NCBI GenBank assembly: GCA_946638265.1 | Contig: CAMPBN010000001.1 | Span: 1 to 27,266 of the forward strand | Direction of reading: 5' to 3' | DNA: 27,266 nt | Source of the DNA: an uncultured Bacillota bacterium | GTDB lineage: Bacteria; Bacillota; Clostridia; Peptostreptococcales; Anaerovoracaceae | In this document: positions 1 to 8,861 of the stretch, in pieces | How the letters are laid out: each line of letters starts with the position of its first letter | Position numbering within the stretch: the stretch's first letter is position 1 | Notes under the pieces: generated by a model | What the model saw: the letters and a program-made list of their open reading frames with translations, nothing else | Databases searched by the model: none | Told to the model about the DNA's origin: nothing | Position numbers and translations under genes: made by a program

Positions 1-1408
1 CGGTGGAGTCTGACAGTCTGCGTATCCTGCCCACATGCTCCGCCATGTTGGAAGTCATGCGACATGTGGCCCGGAAAAGCTTTTCTATTTCATCACCTGT
101 GCGAATGTCCAAAGCACGGAGCTCCTTCACATTTTCATCCATTACATTTTGCGGCAGGATTTCATCGCCAAATCTGTCCATACATTCGCTCATGCTGCGG
201 ATAGGAAGTACATCAAAAATATCCGTCATGTACAGCGCATAGGATATGATCAGCAGGAATATTCCCAAAAGTATCAGCGCTGTACGCAGGATAAAAGACT
301 TGAGTACCGGAGTCTGATATGCCAGCGAAGCCTCCACTTCCACCACAGCCACGACATTGTCGCCGTCGCCCGAAATCGGGGTGTCAACCGTCGCACGCCA
401 ATCCGAAAGTAGCCCAAACTCCGTGGATTTCTCACTCTCCACCGCAAAAGCGGTCATTCCTTCGAATTCACCGACACCCTTTATGGTGATTCGCTCCACA
501 CCAGGCATGTTGTCACAGATGCCTTGTACCATTGCCTCCATCCGGCCATAGCCCTCCACTCTTGCTCCCTTGAGCATGAATTGTCCAAGCTGCGCCGGAT
601 TCATCGACTTGGCGCAGAAAAGTCCTGCGCTACCGGCATTCTCTTCCATATACTGTTTTTCGGTATCGATGTAGATACCGGCGCCAACCAGGCCCATGAC
701 CAGAACAAGGATCAGCGGGGCGGTCAGCACTGCCAACGATGTACGCGTTCTGAGCGACATTTTCACATCGCGGGCGTCTGCACGGAGGCGGAGCATTTCC
801 TCGCCTGAAAGCGGTCTCTGCTTCCAGCCGGCATTCCAAATGCCAAGGCGCGTTTCTTCCGGGACAAAATGCAACAAAACAAGGGCTATTCCCGCAGAAA
901 TACCCTTGTCTATAAGATTCAATATTGTATTCACTCCAACAAAAGCCACTGCCTCGACGGTATCAAGTGCAGTAGCCGCAGAGGCCGTCATCTCCGCAAT
1001 CTGCGGGTTTTGCGGCGCGCCCAGCAGAGCCAGCTGAATCAGTGCTCCCGTGATGCCCGAGATCAGGGCCGCGCACATGATAAAAAAAGCCACGTTTAAC
1101 GGTCTCGGTTTTTTGAATATAATCGCACAAAGTGTTGTCAATACCGCTACCATGGCATTGACGAATGCAAAGTACAGTGTGATACCACTAAAGATCGCGC
1201 AAAAGGCGTTGGTGATTACTGCCACCAGAATGCCCGGGAAAAGCCCCGCCAATACGGCAGCGATCATGGTTCCCACCGTGTCCAAAAATAGCACCGTCTC
1301 AAGCTTGTCAGTTATAAAAAAGAGCAGGATGTTCAAGGCGATGCACAGCACCACCGATATTCTCCTTAGTCTGACAAACCTGCTGCTTCGATTTGATTTC
1401 AGTCTCAC
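1..1408 (-). CDS. Partial multi-TM membrane sensor: ECF S-component-like N-terminus, extracytoplasmic region, HAMP-like segment; C-terminus beyond the left edge
   Basis: Not in the ORF track (no stop in window). Manual translation from GTG 1408 (AGGAGG upstream) is open to the edge: MRLKSN...LFLDTVGTMIAAVLAGLFPGILVAVITN...LDIRTGDEIEKLFRATCRMTSNMAEHVGRIRRLSDST. The + strand ORFs here are its shadows. Output domain not visible. Confidence 0.75.
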   Translation of the reverse strand, partial: MRLKSNRSSRFVRLRRISVVLCIALNILLFFITDKLETVLFLDTVGTMIAAVLAGLFPGILVAVITNAFCAIFSGITLYFAFVNAMVAVLTTLCAIIFKKPRPLNVAFFIMCAALISGITGALIQLALLGAPQNPQIAEMTASAATALDTVEAVAFVGVNTILNLIDKGISAGIALVLLHFVPEETRLGIWNAGWKQRPLSGEEMLRLRADARDVKMSLRTRTSLAVLTAPLILVLVMGLVGAGIYIDTEKQYMEENAGSAGLFCAKSMNPAQLGQFMLKGARVEGYGRMEAMVQGICDNMPGVERITIKGVGEFEGMTAFAVESEKSTEFGLLSDWRATVDTPISGDGDNVVAVVEVEASLAYQTPVLKSFILRTALILLGIFLLIISYALYMTDIFDVLPIRSMSECMDRFGDEILPQNVMDENVKELRALDIRTGDEIEKLFRATCRMTSNMAEHVGRIRRLSDST

Positions 1409-1494
1409 AACGCTTCCTCCTGCCGGAGCCGTTCGCCCCCGGCTCGCGCCGGCTGTTCTTACCGCTTTGATGCCGACGCCACTTCCCTAAGTAT

Positions 1495-1523
1495 ATTATA
1501 TAGCTGTCGCGAACGCTGTTCAA
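1495..1523 (-). promoter_or_regulatory. Sigma-A-like promoter for the membrane sensor gene
   Basis: Minus strand TTGAAC-17 bp-TATAAT. Confidence 0.6.
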
Positions 1524-1563
1524 CGAAAATTCAGAAAAATTTCCGACAGGCGGATTTTTCCCT

Positions 1564-2205
1564 CTACCTGCTGCTTAAACTTTTGCATTTGGCTGCGATG
1601 GCCTCTGCCAGAGTAGCGTGTGACTCCGGCGAAAGATGCAGGGAGTCTTCGACAGAAGGTGGCGCGATCGGGCCTGCGTCCAGGAAGGCGCAGCCTCTCT
1701 CGGCCGCCACATTGGAGTAGAGGCGGCCGAGCTTCCACGAGCGCCCCACTGCGTTCTCGCGGAAGGAGCCGTAGAACGGCGAGGCTGCGATCCCGTCTCC
1801 GATCCAGGGCGGCGCCACCAGCAGGATCTGCGGCACGAAGCCCTGCTTCTCCTTTGTAAACTCCTTGATAATATCCACGAGTGCCGCAGCACCGGCCGCG
1901 ATCTCTTCGGGCGTCGCGTGAAAAATCTCTTTCATGTCGTTGCTGCCCAGCATCATAATCACGATGTCCAGCGGTTTGTGCGAATTCAGGCACGGACGCA
2001 GATAATCGCGGCCGTTCTTCCAGCCCTCGAGCGGGTCGTCAAACACGGTGGTGCGCCCGTTGCAGCCTTCTTCTATTATCTTATATTCTCTCCCCAGCAG
2101 CCTCTGCAGCTGCCCGGTCCAGCGCACATCTTCCGAATAGCGCAGCCCGTTTCTGGGGTCATAACCATAGGTATTGGAATCGCCATAACAAAGTACGTTT
2201 TTCAT
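1564..2205 (-). CDS. SGNH/GDSL-family hydrolase (arylesterase-like)
   Basis: GDSNTYG block I, GRTT block II, LGSND block III, DSLH block V. Confidence 0.92.
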   Translation of the reverse strand: MKNVLCYGDSNTYGYDPRNGLRYSEDVRWTGQLQRLLGREYKIIEEGCNGRTTVFDDPLEGWKNGRDYLRPCLNSHKPLDIVIMMLGSNDMKEIFHATPEEIAAGAAALVDIIKEFTKEKQGFVPQILLVAPPWIGDGIAASPFYGSFRENAVGRSWKLGRLYSNVAAERGCAFLDAGPIAPPSVEDSLHLSPESHATLAEAIAAKCKSLSSR

Positions 2206-2285
2206 TTTACCTTCCTTTTCGAATCATCTCAATTGCTCCAGCCTTATTACGATATCCCCCGATTCTCATCGCCAACCCCTCAGCC

Positions 2286-2294
2286 ATTATACCA
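2286..2294 (-). promoter_or_regulatory. Extended -10 element upstream of the SGNH hydrolase
   Basis: Minus strand TGGTATAAT; no convincing -35. Confidence 0.4.
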
Positions 2295-2320
2295 CAAAAT
2301 TGTTTCACTTTGTATTTCCC

Positions 2321-2361
2321 AAAAAAGCGGCAGGCCCGGGCTTTCCCGGGCTGTCCTGCGC
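2321..2361 (-). terminator. Intrinsic terminator of the pyr operon
   Basis: Minus strand GCGCAGG..CCCGGG-AAAG-CCCGGG-CCTGCCGC followed by TTTTTT, downstream of pyrI. Confidence 0.7.
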
Positions 2362-2424
2362 TTTGTCTATTTATTCCCCCCGGCCCGGAATGGCACAACC
2401 AGGCCTGAAAGTCATATTGCAAAA

Positions 2425-2847
2425 CTATTTGATTCTGTGCTCTGCGTCGCAGTAGCAGCAGCGGTAGATCTTGCGTTCCTTGTCCACCAGTCTGAACTCG
2501 TGCACGATTTCCTGCTCCACGGATGTGATGCAGCGCGGATTCTTGCACTTTACCACGTTCACCAGCTTTTCAGGCAGCGCCATGTGGATCTTCTTCTCCA
2601 GTTTGCTGTCCTTGACGATGTTTACGGTGATGTTGGAATCCACATATCCCAGCACATCATAGTCCAGGTCCACTACTTCGTCGATCTTGATGATATCCTT
2701 TTTGCCATACTTTTCAGAGCTTGCATTCTGGATCATTGCCACTGTGTTGCTCAGCTTGTCAAGGCCCAGCATCTCATAAATCTCCATGCTCTTGCCTGCG
2801 CGAATGTGGTCCAGTACGATTCCGTTTCTAACTCCATCTATATTCAT
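2425..2847 (-). CDS. pyrI: Aspartate carbamoyltransferase regulatory subunit
   Basis: NGIVLDHI, KKDIIKI, zinc ligands CKNPRC and CCYC; follows pyrB. Confidence 0.95.
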   Translation of the reverse strand: MNIDGVRNGIVLDHIRAGKSMEIYEMLGLDKLSNTVAMIQNASSEKYGKKDIIKIDEVVDLDYDVLGYVDSNITVNIVKDSKLEKKIHMALPEKLVNVVKCKNPRCITSVEQEIVHEFRLVDKERKIYRCCYCDAEHRIK

Positions 2848-2880
2848 AGTATTTCCTCCTTGTATTTTACGATATATAAC

Positions 2881-3804
2881 TTATTTTACGATTCCCAGCA
2901 GGAACAGGATGAGCGCCATTCTGATGTGCTTGCCGCACAGTGCCTGGAAGAAGTAACATGCTCTCGGGTCATCGTCCACTTCCACGGAAATCTCGTTTAC
3001 TCTAGGCAGCGGGTGCATGATGGTCAGGTCTTTCTTGGCAGTCTCCAGCTTTTCCAGGTTGAGGATGTAGCTGTCCTTGAGTCTTACATAATCTTCTTCG
3101 TTGAAGAAACGTTCTCTCTGGATTCTGGTCATGTAGAGGATGTCCAGCTCCGGCATTGCATCTTCAAGAGACTCTGTTTCGCGCCATTCCACGCCCACTT
3201 CGTTCATCTTTTCCTTTACGTATTCAGGCACCTGCAGCTCTTCCGGTGAGATGAGCACAAACTTGATGTTCGGGTATCTGAGCATTGCCTCGATCAGGGA
3301 GTGCACTGTTCTGCCAAACTTCAGGTCACCGCAAAGGCCCACTGTCATGTTGTCCAGTCTGCCCTTCTTTCTCTTGATGGTGAGGAGGTCTGTCAGAGTC
3401 TGGGTCGGGTGGAAGTGGCCGCCGTCGCCTGCGTTGATGATAGGCACTGTGTTTCTCTTGGAAGCCACGATCGGTGCACCTTCCTTAGGGTGTCTCATGG
3501 CGATGATGTCCACATAGTTGCACACTGTCATGATAGTGTCGGATACGCTCTCGCCCTTGGCTGCAGAGCTGGAGTTGGCTGAGGAGAAGCCCAGCACGCT
3601 GCCGCCGAGTTCCAGCATGGCTGCTTCAAAGCTCAGTCTGGTACGCGTGGACGGCTCGAAGAACAGTGTTGCCAGTTTCTTGTGCTTGCAGATCTCATCG
3701 TACTTTTCGTGGTGCGCTACGATATCGTCTGCGATTTCGATCAGTTTGTTGATTTCTTCTACTGTGAAGTCTGTGATGTTGATAAGGTTTCTTACGTTCG
3801 ACAT
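2881..3804 (-). CDS. pyrB: Aspartate carbamoyltransferase catalytic subunit
   Basis: [38 protein letters not shown]. Confidence 0.97.
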   Translation of the reverse strand: MSNVRNLINITDFTVEEINKLIEIADDIVAHHEKYDEICKHKKLATLFFEPSTRTRLSFEAAMLELGGSVLGFSSANSSSAAKGESVSDTIMTVCNYVDIIAMRHPKEGAPIVASKRNTVPIINAGDGGHFHPTQTLTDLLTIKRKKGRLDNMTVGLCGDLKFGRTVHSLIEAMLRYPNIKFVLISPEELQVPEYVKEKMNEVGVEWRETESLEDAMPELDILYMTRIQRERFFNEEDYVRLKDSYILNLEKLETAKKDLTIMHPLPRVNEISVEVDDDPRACYFFQALCGKHIRMALILFLLGIVK

Positions 3805-3872
3805 TTGGTATTCCTTTCCCTTTTTATAAAATTCACGCCTCGGCGTTTCCGCCTCAGGCCACTTTTAACTAA

Positions 3873-4508
3873 TTAATGCATCCAGCTCTCGTCGCTTGGA
3901 TTGTCGCGGAATTTCAGGATTTTGGCCGCGTCCTCTTTTTTGATGTATTCGGTCTCGGCTGCGACCTGCACCAATGCATCCAGGTCGCACAGGCTGACGT
4001 TTTTCACGTGCGCTTCCGCCATGCGGTCCAGCCCCTTTTTCATCCCGTAAGTGAAGATGCTGACTATGCCCAGCACCTCAGCTCCGGCCTCGCGGAGTAC
4101 GTTCACGGTGTCGATGGCCGAGCCTGCCGTGGATATAAGGTCTTCCACAACTACCACTTTCTGGCCCTTTTCCAGCTTTCCTTCAATCTGGTTGGTGCGG
4201 CCGTGATCCTTGGCAGAGCCTCTGACGTATCCCATCGGAAGTCCCATCAGGTGTCCTGTGATGGCTGCGTGCGCAATGCCCGCCGTACTGGTGCCCATCA
4301 AAACCTCCGCATCCGGATAATTTTCTTCGATGGCAGCCTTCAGGCCTTCCTCCACCTTGGTGCGAACCTCCGGTGCCGTCAGCGTCAGGCGGTTGTCGCA
4401 ATAAATCGGGCTCTTGATGCCGCTGGCCCATGTGAACGGTTCCTCCGGCCTCAGGAATACTGCCTGAATCGACAGCAGCCCTTCTGCAATCTCTCTTTTT
4501 CTGTCCAT
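3873..4508 (-). CDS. pyrE: Orotate phosphoribosyltransferase
   Basis: FTWASGIKSPIYCDNR and PRPP motif VVVVEDLISTAGS; start set at ATG 4508 after GGAGGAG. Confidence 0.96.
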   Translation of the reverse strand: MDRKREIAEGLLSIQAVFLRPEEPFTWASGIKSPIYCDNRLTLTAPEVRTKVEEGLKAAIEENYPDAEVLMGTSTAGIAHAAITGHLMGLPMGYVRGSAKDHGRTNQIEGKLEKGQKVVVVEDLISTAGSAIDTVNVLREAGAEVLGIVSIFTYGMKKGLDRMAEAHVKNVSLCDLDALVQVAAETEYIKKEDAAKILKFRDNPSDESWMH

Positions 4509-4605
4509 TTTCTCCTCCTGTTTATCCATAGCTTTCTATCTGTATAAACGTATTCTTGTATTCAGGTATTATATGCATATCGGAATTCGGGTATTCTCGT
4601 AAACT

Positions 4606-5307
4606 TTAATCCACGAATTCACGTACGCAGCGTCGGTAGGCTTCCAGCGGATCGGCCGCCTGAGTGATCGGCCTGCCCACTACGATATAGTCAGAGCCCA
4701 GTTCCTTCGCTCTGGCCGGCGTAGTCACTCTGGACTGATCTCCTTTGTCGCTTTCTTCGAATCGCACGCCCGGTGTCACTGTCAGGAAACCTTTGTCCAC
4801 ACCTTCGTGCACCACCCCCGCCTCAAGCGGCGAGCACACCACTCCGTCCAGGCCGGCCGTCTTCGCGCTCTTTGCGTAGCTCATGACCACTTCGTTTATC
4901 GGCTTTTCAATGAGGATTTCCTTTTCCAGTCTCTCCTGGTCCGTGGAAGTCAGCTGCGTCACAGCGATGAGCAGCGGTCTGCTGCCATCCTCGCGAGTCA
5001 GTCCGCGAAGCGCCCCCTCCATCATCTTGACTGTCCCTGCCGCATGCAGGTTGGTCATATCCACATCCAGGCGCGAAAGCACTCTCATGGCCTTTTCCAC
5101 GGTGTTTGGAATATCGTGGAGCTTCAGGTCCAGGAAGATTTTGTGCCCTCTCTTTTTCAATTCTCTTACGATTTCCGGGCCTTCCGCATAAAAAAGTTCC
5201 ATACCGATCTTCACGAACGGCTTTTCACCTGCCGGGAAGCGGTCCAGAAATTTCAGGGTTTCTTCTTTGCTCGCAAAGTCGCAAGCCACGATCACGTCTT
5301 TTCCCAT
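4606..5307 (-). CDS. pyrF: Orotidine-5'-phosphate decarboxylase
   Basis: IFLDLKLHDIPNTV, VTQLTS, VTPGVR, VVGRPIT. Confidence 0.97.
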   Translation of the reverse strand: MGKDVIVACDFASKEETLKFLDRFPAGEKPFVKIGMELFYAEGPEIVRELKKRGHKIFLDLKLHDIPNTVEKAMRVLSRLDVDMTNLHAAGTVKMMEGALRGLTREDGSRPLLIAVTQLTSTDQERLEKEILIEKPINEVVMSYAKSAKTAGLDGVVCSPLEAGVVHEGVDKGFLTVTPGVRFEESDKGDQSRVTTPARAKELGSDYIVVGRPITQAADPLEAYRRCVREFVD

Positions 5308-5347
5308 ACTTTTCTCCTTTCGATATTTCTATTTCTCGCTTTTTCCG

Positions 5348-5434
5348 TATTTGCTCTGTATTTTTTATAATTACTCTATATTTCCTGTATTTTTTATATT
5401 TGCTCTAAATTTCCTATATTTTTTACATTTGCTT
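5348..5434. repeat. Degenerate AT-rich tandem repeat, about 29-bp period, in the pyrD-pyrF spacer
   Basis: 5368-5396 taattactctatatttcctgtatttttta and 5397-5425 tatttgctctaaatttcctatatttttta, with partial units on both sides. Confidence 0.6.
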
Positions 5435-5460
5435 CTTTTGAGTAATTTTCGTTTTTTCGC

Positions 5461-5480
5461 ATTAATGTGCATTAATGTGC
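5461..5480. repeat. Perfect 10-bp tandem duplication at the pyrD stop
   Basis: attaatgtgc attaatgtgc. Confidence 0.8.
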
Positions 5481-6415
5481 TAGTGCGCTGCGCCGATAAT
5501 TTCCTTTAGGCTGCTGATGCCGTATTTTTCCATAACTTCCGGCAGCTCTTCCACTATCTTTTTGGACACCCAAGGGTCTGTCAGGTTGGCGGCTCCCACG
5601 CCCACTGCAGTGGCTCCCGCCATCATCATTTCAATGGCGTCCTTGGCGCTGCTGACGCCGCCCATGCCCACAATCGGGATTTTCACGGCTTCATAGACCT
5701 GGTAGACCATGCGCAGCGCCACCGGGAAGATGGCCGAGCCGCTGAAACCGCCCATTTTGTTGGCGATGACCGGCTTTTTGGTTTTCAGGTCGATGCGCAT
5801 CCCCAGCAGGGTGTTGGTCAGGCTGATGCCGTCCGCCCCGCCTTCTTCGCAGGCTCTCGCGATGGCTACGATATCTGTCACATTTGGCGAAAGCTTCATG
5901 ATGACAGGTTTGTCTGCCACTTTTTTTACCGCTTCCGTGACTTTTTTCGCCATCTGCGGGTCCGTGCCGAAGGCCATGCCGCCGCCGTGCACGTTCGGGC
6001 AGCTGATGTTTACTTCAAACCAGCCGATCTGATCCTGCCCGCTCAGGATTTCCACCGTTTTGGCGTAGTCTTCCACGGAAAACCCGCTGATGTTGGCCAT
6101 CACAGGCTTGTGGAAAAATTTCTTCATATCCGGGAGTTCTTTGTCCCGTACGGCGATCACGCCCGGGTTTTGGAGTCCCACAGCGTTGATCATGCCGTTT
6201 GGCGTTTCCGCTATGCGCGGAGTGGGATTGCCGAATCTCGGCTCCAGTGTGGTGCCCTTGAAACTGAACGTTCCGAGGATATTGATATCATAGAGCTCGC
6301 TGAATTCTTTGCCGTAGCCGAAGGTGCCCGAGGCCGGGATAATCGGATTTTCCAGTTCGATGCCCAGGAGATCTACCCGTGTGTCGCGGCTCGCAGCTTT
6401 TGTTTCATTTACCAT
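5480..6415 (-). CDS. pyrD: Dihydroorotate dehydrogenase (family 1B) catalytic subunit
   Basis: PASGTFG, NAVGLQNPG, EVNISCPNV, KLSPN, GGFSG; start ATG 6415 overlaps the pyrK stop (ATGGTAA). Confidence 0.96.
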   Translation of the reverse strand: MVNETKAASRDTRVDLLGIELENPIIPASGTFGYGKEFSELYDINILGTFSFKGTTLEPRFGNPTPRIAETPNGMINAVGLQNPGVIAVRDKELPDMKKFFHKPVMANISGFSVEDYAKTVEILSGQDQIGWFEVNISCPNVHGGGMAFGTDPQMAKKVTEAVKKVADKPVIMKLSPNVTDIVAIARACEEGGADGISLTNTLLGMRIDLKTKKPVIANKMGGFSGSAIFPVALRMVYQVYEAVKIPIVGMGGVSSAKDAIEMMMAGATAVGVGAANLTDPWVSKKIVEELPEVMEKYGISSLKEIIGAAH

Positions 6416-7209
6416 GCGATCTCCTCCCTTCCGAAAACAGGACCTTCCTTGCATACTCTCTTGTAGCTGCCATCAGCCATTTTCATGCTGCATCCCATGC
6501 AGGCGCCGAAGCCGCAGCCCATGCGCTCTTCGAATGAATATTCGCCGTCCGACTTTGCGGTCTTTTCGATGGCTCGCAGCATCGGCAGCGGGCCGCATGC
6601 ATAAAAGTAGGTGTATTCCAGTTTGGCCAGCACATCGGTGACGAAGCCTTTTTCGCCCACGCTGCCGTCTGCTGTGGCCACATGCACTTCGGCGCCCAGC
6701 GCCTCAAATTTTTCTTGGTAAAAAATCTCGTCTTTGGTGTTAAAACCCAGGATTACCTGTACTTTTTTCCCGCCGCTCGCCATCAGGGCTTTGCAGAGGG
6801 CGTACATCGGCGGGATTCCCGCGCCGCCCCCTATCAGGACCGGCGCATCGCCGGCTTTTTCCTGTGCATAGCCGTTGCCCAGGCCTGTCAGGACGCTAAG
6901 CTGCGTGCCGGCGCCCAGGGCCGCCATCTTTTCGGTGCCCTCACCCACGGCTTTGTAGACCAGGGTGAGGCGGCCCTGCGCGGCGCTGCCGGCCGTGGCC
7001 TGTTCGGCAGCGCCGCGGCCATCTCGGTGGGCGCTCCCGGTTTCGTAGTCGCACACCGAGATGGGGCGCCGGAGGAAAAAGCCCTCCAGCTTCAGATTCA
7101 CAAACTGGCCCGGCTTTTCGATGGCAGTCGTATCGCCGGCCAGCACCATCTCATAGGTGTTTTTGGCTATTTTTTTATTCTCTCTGATTTCGAAAATTGC
7201 TTCTTTCAT
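6409..7209 (-). CDS. pyrK: Dihydroorotate dehydrogenase electron-transfer subunit
   Basis: RRPISV, GGGAGIPP, ACGPLPM, [2Fe-2S] motif CGFGACMGC...VCKEGPVF; extra Gly/Ala-rich segment of about 20 aa. Confidence 0.95.
   Translation of the reverse strand: MKEAIFEIRENKKIAKNTYEMVLAGDTTAIEKPGQFVNLKLEGFFLRRPISVCDYETGSAHRDGRGAAEQATAGSAAQGRLTLVYKAVGEGTEKMAALGAGTQLSVLTGLGNGYAQEKAGDAPVLIGGGAGIPPMYALCKALMASGGKKVQVILGFNTKDEIFYQEKFEALGAEVHVATADGSVGEKGFVTDVLAKLEYTYFYACGPLPMLRAIEKTAKSDGEYSFEERMGCGFGACMGCSMKMADGSYKRVCKEGPVFGREEIAW
6979..7017. repeat. Perfect 13-bp GC-rich inverted repeat inside the pyrK insertion
   Basis: cgcggcgctgccg (6979-6991), 13-nt loop, cggcagcgccgcg (7005-7017). Confidence 0.85.
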
Positions 7210-7292
7210 TTTGCTTCTTTACGATTCTTTTCTTTCTATATTTTCTTTGTTTTCAGCTCTCTCATCGTCTATTTGCGATAGACTTTGCCTCT

Positions 7293-8522
7293 TTATTTCA
7301 AACGCGTCTCGTCCTTCCAGGCCGCTTTGCCGCTTGCCACGTTCAGCAGGCATCTGCCTTTGACTTTCCTCCCTGCAAACGGCGTAGCCCTTCCTTTGGT
7401 CTGAAACTCTTCCGGATCTATCTCATATTCTTTGCCGATTTCCCAAACCGCGAAATCTCTGATATCTTCCGCATCTTCCAGCCCAAAACGTTTTCTTGGA
7501 TTGACGCACATCAGCTGCAGGAGCTTCTCCAAATCGATGACATCCTTTTCCACCAGCTCCGTGTAGAGCACCGGAAAAGCGGTTTCCAGTCCGACTACGC
7601 CCATAGCACTGCCTGCAAGCCCTTTGGACTTTTCCTCCGCACTGTGCGGCGCGTGGTCCGTAGCTATGCAATCTATGGTCCCGTCCTTCAGCCCTTCTAT
7701 GAGGGCCTTGCGATCTTCTTCACTTCTGATCGGCGGATTCATCTTAAACCTGCCGTCTTCCTCCAGCATGCTGTCGTTCAGCACCAGGTAGTGCGGCGCC
7801 GTCTCGCATGTCACTTTCACACCCTTTTTCTTGGCTTCGCGTATGAGCTGTACACTTTCTTTTGTGGAAATATGGCATACATGATAATTACAGTTCGTTT
7901 TTTCCGCCAATCTCAGGTCTCGCTCTATCGGCTTCCACTCCGATTCGGATGAAATTCCTTTGTGCCCGTGAGCCTTTGCATATTCACCCGCGTGGATGTA
8001 TCCGCCGGCTCTCAATTCCAAATCTTCGCAATGCGCTACGATGAGCTTTCCCAGTTTCTTCGCTCTCTCCATCGCCTCTATCATCAAGGCCTCGTCGTTC
8101 AGCCCCACGCCATCATCGGAAAAAGCGCACACATCCTTCGCCATGCCCTCCAGGTCCGCCAGTTTTTCGCCCTTCTCGACCACTGTGATGGCGCCGTAAG
8201 GGATAACCCTGATTTTCGCGCCGCGCTTTATTGCATCCAGTTCTTCTTGCAGATGCTCTCTATCGTCCGGCACCGGCGAAAGATTCGGCATTGTCATCAC
8301 TACGCTGTAGCCGCCCCTGGCTGCAGCCGCGGTACCCGTTTCCATCGTTTCCTTATAAAAAAATCCCGGCTCTCTGAAATGTACATGTACATCTGCAAAG
8401 GACGGGACGGTAATAATATTTCCGGCAGCGATGCCGCTTTCGATTTTTTCAAATTCGCCAGGGGAGACAAATTCCCTGATTCGCTCTATGTCGCGGACTC
8501 TGTTTTTCAAAACTTCGCTCAT
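7293..8522 (-). CDS. pyrC: Dihydroorotase
   Basis: DVHVHFREPG, MPN, HVCHIS, KMNPPIR, TDHAPH. Confidence 0.96.
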   Translation of the reverse strand: MSEVLKNRVRDIERIREFVSPGEFEKIESGIAAGNIITVPSFADVHVHFREPGFFYKETMETGTAAAARGGYSVVMTMPNLSPVPDDREHLQEELDAIKRGAKIRVIPYGAITVVEKGEKLADLEGMAKDVCAFSDDGVGLNDEALMIEAMERAKKLGKLIVAHCEDLELRAGGYIHAGEYAKAHGHKGISSESEWKPIERDLRLAEKTNCNYHVCHISTKESVQLIREAKKKGVKVTCETAPHYLVLNDSMLEEDGRFKMNPPIRSEEDRKALIEGLKDGTIDCIATDHAPHSAEEKSKGLAGSAMGVVGLETAFPVLYTELVEKDVIDLEKLLQLMCVNPRKRFGLEDAEDIRDFAVWEIGKEYEIDPEEFQTKGRATPFAGRKVKGRCLLNVASGKAAWKDETRLK

Positions 8523-8564
8523 CTGCTTACCTTTCCTTGATATTGATTTGGGCTTTTACCCATG

Positions 8565-8594
8565 AAAAAACGACTCTTCACATATGAAGAGCCG
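8565..8594 (-). terminator. Attenuator terminator in the pyr leader
   Basis: Minus strand CGGCTCTTCA-TATG-TGAAGAGTCG-TTTTTT; ends about 40 nt before the pyrC start. Confidence 0.85.
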
Positions 8595-8690
8595 TAAAAG
8601 TACGTTTTCCAGCACCTGCCATTCGCTGTCTGCCCGCTGAACCCCTTGTTCCAGCACATCTGCAGCCTTACGCCGGCGCTTTTTAATATT

Positions 8691-8725
8691 CCGTCCTTCA
8701 CGGCCTCTCCGGACCGTATTAAAGT
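8691..8725 (-). promoter_or_regulatory. PyrR-binding RNA element (pyr attenuation)
   Basis: Minus strand ACTTTAATACGGTCCGGAGAGGCCGTGAAGGACGG fits the CUUUAA...RUCCNGNGAGGYY motif; its 3' strand GAGGCCGTGAAG can pair with CTTTTACGGCTC at the terminator 5' side (antiterminator). Confidence 0.88.
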
Positions 8726-8734
8726 ACCGTGATT

Positions 8735-8763
8735 ATAATATACTACCTCCGAAAAAATAGCAA
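8735..8763 (-). promoter_or_regulatory. pyr operon promoter
   Basis: TTGCTA-17 bp-TATTAT (overlapping TATAAT) directly upstream of the PyrR element. Confidence 0.7.
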
Positions 8764-8798
8764 GCACTAGTTTGGGCTTTTTGAAAAATTTTTTTGCT

Positions 8799-8861
8799 GC
8801 GATACATTTCATCATCCAAAAGCCCGAAATACTCCAAATAGAAAACCTATCGCGCCCGCCT
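8799..8861 (-). pseudogene. Decayed fragment homologous to codons of the adjacent nuclease-like gene
   Basis: 52/63 nt identical to 8999-9061; reads RRAR*VFYLEYFGLLDDEMYR versus KRTREVLYLEHFGLLDDEMYR. Confidence 0.75.

Noticed and set aside
3-1490. Several + strand ORFs (35..412, 696..1037, 1050..1490 and others)
   Set aside because: Antisense shadows of the 1..1408 minus-strand membrane gene.
1636-3249. 537-aa + strand ORF
   Set aside because: Antisense to the SGNH gene, pyrI and pyrB; no recognisable motifs; shadow ORF.
2425-8522. Absence of carAB and pyrR from the pyr operon
   Set aside because: Split pyr loci are common in Clostridia; the genes may lie elsewhere.
8519-8815. 98-aa ORF as a pyr leader peptide
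   Set aside because: Starts upstream of the promoter and runs through the PyrR element and terminator.
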